Below the pieces are notes generated by a model. That model was given only the letters and a program-made list of their open reading frames with translations. It ran no database searches and was not told the origin of the DNA. Position numbers and translations under genes: made by a program. From NCBI RefSeq assembly GCF_902459465.1, contig NC_047064.1, positions 6,758,001-6,822,000 on the forward strand: 64,000 bases of DNA, written 5' to 3'. This document shows positions 50,187 to 60,300 of this stretch, in pieces (positions within the stretch are counted from its first letter, which is position 1; each line of letters opens with the position of its first letter). Origin of the DNA: Asterias rubens (taxonomy: Eukaryota).

Positions 50187-50406
50187 TTAAAGACACTGCA
50201 CACTATTGGTATTTGTCAAAGACCAGTCTTCTTACTTGGTGTCTCTCAACATATGCACAAAATAACAAACCTGAGAAACTTATACCTCAATTGGTCGTTT
50301 CTCACAATATTTTATACCATCAACCTCTCCCCATTACTCGTTTCCAAGAAAGGTTTTATGCTAACAATTATTTTGAGTAATTACCAATAGTGTCCACTGC
50401 CTTTAA
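50187..50406. mobile_element. MITE family A, internally deleted
   Basis: Both TIRs present with TTAA; centre absent. Confidence 0.88.
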
Positions 50407-50570
50407 AGGACCTTTTAAAAAACTTAATACCAGCAGTGTTTGAAGCTTTGTTCAGTAGTGATAAAAAGAAATAATTGTTGCTGGTAATAGTACAACAATG
50501 CGTAAATATTTGCTCCAAAAGTGTTGGCTACACCAGGCGCTTTTTGTCTTCGGGTCTAAGGGCCCAATTG

Positions 50571-50750
50571 TATTAACCCTGTAAGCACAAAAATTTGCTG
50601 AGCACAGAAAAAACTTGGACGCAGAGACATGTTACCAGACAACATTCCATAAATTCACTTGTTGTATTGGTACCCCACTCGTTCTTGGCTTAGCAAAGAA
50701 ATTTGCTAGGCTGTATTTTTTTTTTAAACACCTTCGTGAAATTTTGCCCT
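50571..50750. mobile_element. Harbinger-like MITE family F, degenerate
   Basis: gggcccaattgtatt...gtgaaattttgccctg. Confidence 0.6.
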
Positions 50751-50842
50751 GATCTCAATAAGGTTCGTATTCCTGTCATTAATCTTTTGTAAAAATTGCA
50801 GCAAATTAGGTGGACATTTTAATTCTGCAGAATAATCTTTAC

Positions 50843-51087
50843 CAGGGCCAAATTTATTGGCTTTGCTTACCGCCAAATTCTGCGCTTACGATCACCATTC
50901 TCTGCTTACTTGCAAGTGCCAAATTTCTGCGCTAGCTGTGTGAGGGTGGAATAGCTAGTAACGAGTACGCATGCACACAAGCCAAATTTCCCTGCTAACT
51001 CGTGTGCTTGACGTAAGCACGAATTCCCTGCTTCAGCAAGCGTTGACTTGTTGCTTACGGTAAGCAGAGCCATAAAATTGGGCCCAG
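50843..51087. mobile_element. Harbinger-like MITE, distinct subfamily, CAG TSD
   Basis: cag|ggccaaatttattggctttgcttaccg ... cggtaagcagagccataaaattgggcc|cag. Confidence 0.85.
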
Positions 51088-51672
51088 GGTGTGTTAAGTT
51101 CATTGTTCTGCTATCTCTCAAAGTTAGGTCATGACTTTCCTCAGGTGTTGATCAGATGACAAGTTCATGTTATAACCTAACCCAGTTTTCAACTTGTAAT
51201 AGTCATTCAAATGGTTGGTGTTGCCTTCATTAACTCATCCCTTGGCCTGTATCCTCTACCCTTCTAAGATAAGTGTCCACGCCTTAATGTTATCTTAAAA
51301 CTATCTTAAAGTTGACTCTGAGAACTTGACTATGAGAACATTATGTGTGATGGGATCTGCTTGTCTGTCAAATCTTGACAAAAACTATTATTTTGCCATT
51401 TTGTTTTTATCACAAAGGCAGATAATGCGATACCCTAAGTTTGGGTGAGGATTTTCTTACATTGATGCAAATCTACGTGCAGACATCATTTATAGGCTTT
51501 AACTGTGACCTATTTAGTTTTAAAGAATTTTGAACTCTTTCAGAAGAAGATAAAAAAAACATTAATAGTTTTTTCTTTTGTGTCATGCTTGGCAAAGATC
51601 ACTCCACAAATTTAATCTGATGACACATAAAATGCCAATTGTACAAATATGTGAATAAAATAACACCCATAG

Positions 51673-52025
51673 TTAGGCAAGGTATACTTTTGGTAAATGT
51701 CAAAGACTTAACTCTGTGTATCCCAACATATGCATAAAATAACAAATCTGTGAAGAATTGGGCTCAATTGGTCTTGAAATTGAAAAAAAATAATGAAAGG
51801 AAAAAACACACCCTTGTTTAATAGAATTGTTTGCTTGTAGAGGCTTCAGAGGCTTCATGCCTGAAGCCTTTCTCAGATTCAATTTTGTCTATGAACAAAT
51901 TACCTCAAATGGGGTCGTTTCTAACAATGTTTCATGACATCAAGAGCTCTCCAGTGCTCTTTACCAAGTATGATTTTATGGTCTTTAACTGTGGGAGTAA
52001 TTACCCAAAGTACACCACTCCTTAA
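51673..52025. mobile_element. MITE family A/D, degenerate
   Basis: catatgcataaaataacaaatctgtg...gggctcaattggtc core with decayed ends. Confidence 0.75.
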
Positions 52026-52198
52026 ATGTGAACTGATAACTTTCCCGCCCACTCAACATGGCCCTGTCTCAGAGATAAGAACCTATCCCAGCTGTGGTGC
52101 AAAATATTCCTTCATTATTTTGAAAACAAAGATGGGCAACCTCTGGATAGCGCTAGTGCCTCTCCCTCAACAGGCATGCACAATTCCCGGACCCAAAC

Positions 52199-52522
52199 TT
52201 AAAGGCACCGGACACTAAAAAAAAAACTTGCTTGGTAACAAGCAATTTGGAGAGCTGTTGGTAGTATAAAATATTGTGAGAAATAGCTCCCTCTAAAGTT
52301 TTATTGTTTTTCAGAAAGAGGTAATTTCTCACTCAAAAATTAAGAGACTTCATCAGCTGATGCTTTTTATTACAAGGGTGTTTTTTCTTTTATTATTCTC
52401 TTGCAAATTTGATGACCAATTGAGCCTAAACTTTCACAGGTTTGTTATTTTATGCATATTTTGGAATACACCAAGTGAAAATACTTGTCTTCGAAAGAAA
52501 CCTTACGTGTCCAGTGCCTTTA
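52199..52522. mobile_element. MITE family A (opposite orientation)
   Basis: ttaaaggcaccggacact ... gtgtccagtgccttta. Confidence 0.82.
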
Positions 52523-52663
52523 CCCCCCCCCCCACCCATTTGCTGAAACTGTACTTAGCCATACACCAGCCATTTGTTCGATAGAGAATGAAACATCGCT
52601 TATCCCCGCAGCGTACACCCTCTGACTCGTCAGCATTTCTGCTAAACCTTCGGTGGCTGTCAC

Positions 52664-52677
52664 GTTTCTATGGCAAC
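52664..52677. promoter_or_regulatory. RFX X-box GTTTCTATGGCAAC
   Basis: Consensus match next to GA-rich and GC-box-like tracts (52730-52778). Confidence 0.5.
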
Positions 52678-54016
52678 CTGCGTTGTCAATGCCAGATTTT
52701 CTCATCTGATTACTGCATAGATTGATGGAGAGAGTGAGAGAACGGGAGACAGTTGGGGGCGGGCGGGGGGTGGGGGAATTTACTCTAGGTTCTCATTAAG
52801 CTAAGCGTATGGAAAGTTTTTTTTTTTTTTCTTTTTTCTTGATGAGTTTTTAAATGGTTTATAAAACCTGGGGTTTTTTTTATCATTAAAACCCAGCAGA
52901 GAGGGATCTGTTTGGTTGCAGTGTCACTCTGGTACTTATTAGCAAATGCTGAAGTTTTTTTCCGTAAATTAAAAAAGCTTTTATTTTGCTTGTGTTTTCT
53001 TAAATTTTTGGGGTATCTAAGCATGCACATGTCTGAGTTTTTGCCAGATTTGTTTGCTTAATTAACAATGACAACGCTTAAGTTACCAATGACAACGCAA
53101 ACTGATTTTGCATGCAAAGGATCCTGGCAGAGTACTGTCCTTTCCCTCTAACCAAACCACTTTCCCCTGTTGATGAACACCCCCCTCTAGGACACGTGGA
53201 ATGGTCCAGCGTAGGATATCATCGCATATGATCTGACCAGTGTGAATGGTTTTGTTAAGACAATGGAAATATTAAAACATACCACATGCTGACAGCATTC
53301 ATCTTGTTGGTCCAATAGGATAGGTGTATCATAGAAAAATTGCTGCACAACCGGATGTTAAATTGTTTGTTGTTGTGGTTATTTATGTTTAACCTTCTGG
53401 ATTATAGATTCCTTTTGGTTCAGAACTTGGCTTAGTATATGTTTTCTTAATTAGTCTGTAAAGGTCTTTGTTTAGTCAGGAAAAGAGAGGGGGAGAGGTC
53501 TAATTACAGAAACCAAACTGAGCTTTTAAGGTAGTTCTCTGTATGTGATTTCTTGAATAGCGAACTGTGTCATTTTGAAATCTTGGAAAGTACAAACAAT
53601 CTGCTTTTATTTGTTTATTGAGTCAACACTGCTCTAAAATAAAGGATCAGTGGTAACAAGGATTTTATATTTTAAAAGAGTGTGACCAAACACAGCAACA
53701 AAGATTGGGTAATTTATGAGAAAGAAAAATGGTTTACTTGCTTTTGTTGTTGCTTTGTTTTGATAAAATGATATTTGATGACTTTGTCTACACTTCTTTA
53801 CAATGTTTTAGTCAAATTTTGTTGATGACAATTAAGATAACTTTGTAACCTTTAGGTATTCATGTAATAGTCCCCCAACAAATTAAATAACATGTATAAA
53901 TTGTAAACATGTTAAATAAGTCTTTGGTTTTTTAACAGTGGTCGAGAAAGATTTAGAGGTAAAAAATAGCATGATTACAATTATGAAGTCATCAAAAAAC
54001 ACTCAAGGTTTTGAAT

Positions 54017-54200
54017 AGACTTGTGGACAAGTCGTTAAGTGTCTGTCACGGTGATAGCAAAACGACTCTCTCGCAACTATCTCATGAGACGGCTGGCTGC
54101 TGCCCTCTGTGAGAGGGCTTCTCTCATGACTTCTTCTCTCATAAATGAGAGCAGTTTGGCCATCACTGCAACAGACATTTAACGACTTGTCCACAAGTCT
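54017..54200. mobile_element. Small MITE (family H), 30-bp TIRs
   Basis: agacttgtggacaagtcgttaagtgtctgt is the reverse complement of acagacatttaacgacttgtccacaagtct (1 mismatch). Confidence 0.8.
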
Positions 54201-54447
54201 TGGTAGGGAAATGAAGCCTTCTTTTCGATTGTAATTCTGCACAATGGGTCTCCCATGAACTGAAGGATTCGCACTTCGTACATTAAATGTTTTGTTTTTC
54301 TGTTTGACTTATGTTTGTTTTGGGTCTTATTCTTCTCACTGTGGATCATTGGGAAGGATTATCAATATTTATCCAAAATCTACAATGAACTGAAATTTTG
54401 GAAATAAAAAATATTTTAAAATTAAAAAGAAAAAGTAACAATCTTGT

Positions 54448-54568
54448 CCAGGGGTTGATTTCACAAAGGCATCCTAATAACTTAGGACTAGTCCTATATG
54501 ACTCTTGAGGAGTTGTGGTCCTAAGTTGGGATGAGAAACTGATCCTAACTCGAGAAATCCAACCCCGG
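54448..54568. mobile_element. MITE family G
   Basis: cag|gggttgatttcacaaag ... gaaatccaaccc. Confidence 0.8.
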
Positions 54569-54782
54569 TTTCGTTGGGACAGAACAAAACTGAGGAATCA
54601 GTGATTTCAACCTGCATGATGAATGCATTTCCATCCATTGAACTATTTTTTTTTGTTGTACAACCTAATTTCAAGCAAAAACTGAAAGTTTAAAAGTTGG
54701 TGCTTATGGCAATCATCGGTATGACTGTTTCTCCTTGATGTGGCAACTTTCTCCTGAAGATGATCAGAGCATGCTGATATAC

Positions 54783-54856
54783 TGGGGTTGAACAAAGAAA
54801 AAATGAGTAGAGCAGAATTTGAACCAACAACTTCTGGATTAGCGTGCCAGCGCTCT
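54783..54856 (-). mobile_element. tRNA-derived SINE fragment (third family)
   Basis: Minus strand agagcgctggcacgctaatccagaagttgttGGTTCAAATTCtgct: a tRNA-like arm with a B-box. Confidence 0.55.
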
Positions 54857-55033
54857 AGAGGGTACTTGATTGCTTTGTGGATTTATTTCCCACCTAGTTT
54901 TTCCGTTATTACACCAAACAAAGAACCTGCGAAATTGTCATCAAACTTTGTGCTCATATTACGAGAAAGTATAATAATGTTCTTGTTTTGTTAAATTTTT
55001 AACATAGCCCCTTTGGGCTCATTTTGACCATCA

Positions 55034-55350
55034 TGAAAGGCCGTGGACACTATTGGTAATTATTCAAAATACTTTTTGGCATAAAACCTTTCTTGGTGAC
55101 AAGTATAATGGGGAGAAAAAGCTCCCTCTGAAGTGATTTAGTTTTCGAGAAAGAATTTATTTTTCACGAATTTGATTTCGAGACCTCAGATTCGTGTGAC
55201 AAGGGTGTTTTTTCTTTCATTATTATCTCACAACTTCGACGACCGATTGAGCTCAAATTTTCACCGGTTTGTTATTTTATGCATATTTTGAGATACACCA
55301 ACTGTGAAGGCTAGTCTTGGACAATTACCAATAGTGTCCAGTGTCTTTAA
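55034..55350. mobile_element. MITE family A with internal deletion
   Basis: gaaaggccgtggacactattggtaatt ... caattaccaatagtgtccagtgtctttaa. Confidence 0.88.
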
Positions 55351-55513
55351 AGAAACAATGTTTTTCAAATGCCATTTCCCAGACTTTGACATTTTTTTCT
55401 CTGGATGATTGTTACAAGTATGATGTATTGAAAACTAATGAGTTTCGATAGCACTCAATCATTTACGTTTGTTTTTCAAGGTGTGATGACTTTTTAAAAA
55501 AACATTTGTCCAA

Positions 55514-55824
55514 TTAAAGCCATTATACACTTTCGGTAAACAGTATTGTCCAAGTCCCACACTTCGTGTATCCCAACTTATATATAAAATAACAATCCTG
55601 TGAAAATTTGGGCTCAATCGGTCATCGGAGTCGGGAGAAAATAACGGGAAAACCCACTCCTGTTTCCGCGCGTTTCGTCGTGTCATGACATGTGTTGACT
55701 ATAAATCCGTAATTCTCGCTATCGAGAATTGATATCGTTTTAATGTTTTCTCAAAAAGTATTAAATTATTTGTAAATCTGTGAACCTTTTGTTGGTCCGT
55801 ACCGAAAGTGTATAATGGCATTAA
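55514..55824. mobile_element. MITE family B
   Basis: ttaaagccattatacactttcggta ... taccgaaagtgtataatggcattaa. Confidence 0.9.
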
Positions 55825-56339
55825 GAGACATATTAAATACAAATTCGTTTCGGGAATTGCCATCCAACGTGTTGTTACTTATTTTAAATTGCCCAAATTG
55901 TTTTTAATTTACGGGAGCTAACACCAAAATATATGAGGAAGAATTGTTTTTCCTAAATTGAAATTCTCATGTGTTTTATTGGCAAAGAAACATTGTTTGA
56001 GATTGATGTCAAATTATTTGAGTCTTCTTGTGGCACTAAAAGATTAGAGAAATAATGACGTCCCACAAGACGCCAAGTGGTGCTATAAAATATTTGTGAA
56101 TTCAGACGCAGTTTAAGCTGGTACGATTAGTATTCCAGTGCTCAACAAATTAGTATTCACTTTTTGGAACCACCAGCATTTTTCTATTTTTTTGCATACA
56201 ATGCATTGTGTTTTTCAGGGATATTAAACCACGAACCCTAAGGGAAAACCATCAACATTTAAAATCTTTACGACAAATTTATCAGGTGGAAAACCAACCC
56301 GAAGCGTGAATCCTGAAATAAAACATAAATGTTGTATAA

Positions 56340-56800
56340 AACTGCACCGGCCGGTGTCGTCTGCTCACGCGGAACCATGCCCTGCACGACAGGTGTGTTA
56401 CTGCAAACCAACCGGCAATTAGTTATGTATCGAACGCTGCGATTGGCCAATTGAAAGCATATCATTTGAATAATAATTATAAGGGCGGCGCCTATCGAGG
56501 TCTTTCAACGACTGTTATATTACGCGGTGTAATATTTACTGCATCAGTCGTCACGTCGTAGTTGGTTGACTTTCTGGCTGTGTGTATTTTCAGCACGCAT
56601 TCAGTGTAATGCATTAGCGAGATAGTCACCGAAGGCACCACGCGTTTGTACACTGTTGCTCGCTCACACGACCGCATGCATGTTTTCACCATTTATCATC
56701 GTGTGTATTTGATTGGTATTTTCTTTGGTCAGCTTTTAGAAGGATAAAAGAGTAGCTAGCAAGCTCGTTGCAAGAGCTTGGCAATCACTTTTTAGTCACC
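56340..56800 (+). promoter_or_regulatory. CpG-rich promoter region of the second gene
   Basis: CpG density rises. Palindromic double CCAAT ATTGGCCAAT at 56442-56451, CGTCA/CACGTC at about 56549, ATTGG at 56712, TATA-like GATAAAA at 56743-56749. Confidence 0.6.
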
Positions 56801-56828
56801 GACAAACAAGCGAAAACACCCTGCCCAC

Positions 56829-56861
56829 ATGCACCAACTTCACAGCACCCGTGTTTCCTAG
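56829..56861 (+). other. Candidate upstream ORF (MHQLHSTRVS*)
   Basis: ATG at 56829 to TAG at 56859-56861. It is a uORF only if transcription starts near 56.78 kb. Confidence 0.35.
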
Positions 56862-57304
56862 TAGGTTTTTATATCTTTTTTAATTTTCAGTTTCATTTCA
56901 CATTTTCATTTGATCCAGCAGTCGTGCCAATAGCGCGCACATTTCAATTTTGTTGTATCCATCTTGCGTTCGCTTTTCCTACCATAGTGAAAACTATCCT
57001 CTCGTCCATCCACCATACAGAGTCAGCAAGTATTCAAGCCGACAGGTTTTAACCCCTCACCTCGCCAGCCGTCAACACGAATTCCCTAAGTCACCCGGTC
57101 GGGCCCACGGTGAGCTGTTATCTGCAGCAGCGCCAGGGACCGCCGCCTTCCAATAAAGCCGACCAGCTACCACCGACGCAACCCGCCGTCCGACCACAGC
57201 CGCCACACGGCGTCTTGGTCCCCGGCGACGCTCTACCACCCGGTAAAGTGGGTAGCTACGGGGAGGCAACGGACGACTCGGAGCCCGTCAGGAAACGCCT
57301 GAAA

Positions 57305-57355
57305 ATGTCTACCGTGAGCATGGACTCTTCGGCCAGTACCGCGGGCGAGGACGAG
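57305..57355 (+). CDS. First AUG-initiated coding segment of an unidentified gene (MSTVSMDSSASTAGEDE)
   Basis: AAAATG context, GC-rich codon-like sequence, phase-0 donor GAG|GTATGT at 57356, then an abrupt return to AT-rich intron. The frame is open from 57053. Protein not recognised. Confidence 0.65.
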
Positions 57356-60300
57356 GTATGTTACTGTTTTTAATTTCTTGTATCTTATGGTAATTTGTAA
57401 TCCACTTTCGTTTCACAAAACCTACTGCGTCATTGTTTTTTATGTGGTCGTTTTAACTCGAAGAACATGGATTGATTATTGTGAATCGGCAGTCAATGTA
57501 ATAATTGTCTCGTCTTGTGTTTGTAAAACTACATGTTAGCCAGTTTATCTGTAAAACATGTTTTCTTCTGATGCGTATGTAAGTTTTTTATTTGCCCACA
57601 CTTGCCTCACAACATCCTTGATCAATTTGCATATGAGCACTTTGGGAATAGGGGATTCAGTTATTTTAATGCATACATCATAAGTTCAGAATAAAATAAT
57701 AATCCTGGTCAATTATTATACCATAGTTCATGGCGTATATTTTTTACATAGCTGTTATGATGGGGGGGGGGGGTGGGAGTCTGGTCGTTGGTGAAAGCAT
57801 ATTCATTGCTATGGTGATCCGACACCTTCTGCTAACACGTTTGGAGCGTTGCCTGACACTTCCTGTGCATCTTCATCACCAACAGTGCATCCATAACTCT
57901 GTATTAGTTATAACTGAATTGGTTGACTCAAAGCCATCGCCTTTCTTCAAAAGAAGTGCAATTTCATTTTCTTTTAACACCCAGAATTCCTGACAATCCC
58001 TCATGACTCATTATTCCACTTGTCTCTTAGTGGTTGAGCAGGTGAATTTGTTTGATGACGATTGAATTTAATAAGTAACTTGGAAGATGTAGGAGTCTTA
58101 AGACGTTAAGGTTTGTCCATGCTGCTGTCTTTGAGTCTTCTCACTGTTGACTTCTATTATTGAGCTACCCTGACGCCTATAGCAGGTTCAGGTATTGACA
58201 TTGAATACATCCCCCTCAGTAGCATCTGGCTTCGTAGCGGCAGAGTCCGTTCCTTCGCCCCGAGCAAACCCTGCCTGTGAGATAATAAGTGTCAGATTTC
58301 TATCATGTGAAAATAAAGTTGCCTGCAAAGCAAATATGATTGTGTGGATTAGTTGTATTTGGACGCATAAATTTCATTAAGAGTTTGGATTAAGGGTTCT
58401 GAGTGTGCGATGGAAACTGTTTCGCCGACACCGTCGTCGTTGGGATCTGTTCGTACTTCCACCCCCTAAGGCGTTATGGATCGTGAGTAAGCCCAGCAAC
58501 TGTCTCTCGTGCTATTGTGTGGATGCCTTGATCCGATTCGGACAACAATAGGGCTCCTACAGGGATGATTATGTAAGTTCGTTGATACAGGGCCATTGGA
58601 CTATTCACTACCATGTCAATGGAGACTAATGAAATTTAGGGAACCATGGATCCTTGGAACTGTCTTCATTCACAGATTAACCATAAAGGTAGATTGTATC
58701 ACACTGTGTGAACCTGTTGAAGGGGGTGAACTATTGAACGTTTTAGTAAGGAAGGGAACACAGTGTGGTCTGACCATAGAGCATGTTACTCCATGGTCTG
58801 ACTAGCACTAATTCAGAGGACAGAATCAAAAGAAACACTCTCTCATGACCAGAAGCTAACTTCAATTTGTTGTACATACACTCCTCGTAAGTCTTATCCC
58901 AAGTCCGTCATCAGTTATGTCCACTCATGCCATTGTCCACAAGTTCTCTCTGGACAGTCATTTGTGTGGCTTGAGCCGATTAAGCCCTATGGAGAAACAG
59001 CTAGTGGGGACCCCTTCTCGCTCTATGCAAACACAAACTAACAGCTCTCTCCGCTTTGGAAACACATCTCTGAAACTGATCTACTCTGTGAAAAATAAAG
59101 TAATCTTAAAATCCCCTTCCATCCTTAAGACCCCTATTATCATTTCAAGGGATTACTTGCCAACGCTGGAAAAACTTTCTCATGTCAGTCACCTTGATGC
59201 ACCTGTAACTCAAAACATTGGGGGTTTTATAATTGGAGATAGAAGTGTGGAGGTTTCCTGTTCATATTAATTTGAAGGAGTGAATCTGAAATGTGTGCGC
59301 CGAAAAGCATCTAGTTGTTTGACACATAGAATAAAAACTCTCAAAACGAAATTGATATTCATCGGTTTTCTCGGACTTTGAATGAAGTGATTGACAAATC
59401 TGCACAGTTTACCTCTTGTCTGCCGGTACAAATAGGACACTATCTCTTGTGAAGTACGAACAAAAAAAGTCATAATTCTCACAAATTACTGTGATGAGTG
59501 TTGACTTCACTAATATTTTACCCATGAATTATTGTTTGAGGGCATACAAACAAAGCTATGTAAGTGCCTATCAACGCTCATGTATGTACACTTTATGTAC
59601 ATAGTCGAGCATGATATGTATAGAGCACTTGAAAGCAACGGTCAAAGACCGTGCCTACCCAACGCATCAGCATTTTCCTGTGGTTATTTGCTTTTCTTAG
59701 GCAGATTTATCCCGCTCTTTAGTCCCCTATATAAAACAGAAATGGGCCACTGCCGCTAGGTTTCACCGGTCATATACGTGAGCATTTTTTTGTTACTGTG
59801 TAGTTGCTGGTATAATGGCCCGCAGTGTTTAGGGGGGATTTTTAATGCCCTTCTTGTTGTCGATGGTACAATAATGGCACGGTGATGTTAATTTATTCAG
59901 TCTGAATGCTGAAAGAAACTAACCTGATCTGGTAAGAATAGCCGATGGTTTGCTGCAGGCCTTTTGGGTCATAACGTGGTTGTGATCAAGTATTCCGTGT
60001 GTGATGATGAAAAGAGGTGATTTTGATGTTAAACATGGGGCAGGAGAATCTGTGATCACTACTGTGATATTTTTGAAGGACTACTTTAGATGTAACAGGT
60101 TGCGTTTATTTATTATAACTCATGTTCATGTGAGGTTTAATTGATCTACTGACTGGCATTCTGACGTGTCTGTACCCCTGTTAGTTAAATCATAAGCAGT
60201 GTATTTCATGACAAGTTTTTCTGTCATCCCATGTTCAAAGAATGACCCAACATTTTAACATCAAACTCTTACCAAGATTTTAGCTGTGGTTTTGTTTTGG

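Noticed and set aside
57110-57355. Naming the second gene (KDM1A, EED or SUZ12-like)
   Set aside because: The resemblance is limited to low-complexity basic and acidic residues, and the conserved core residues are absent. No symbol is assigned.
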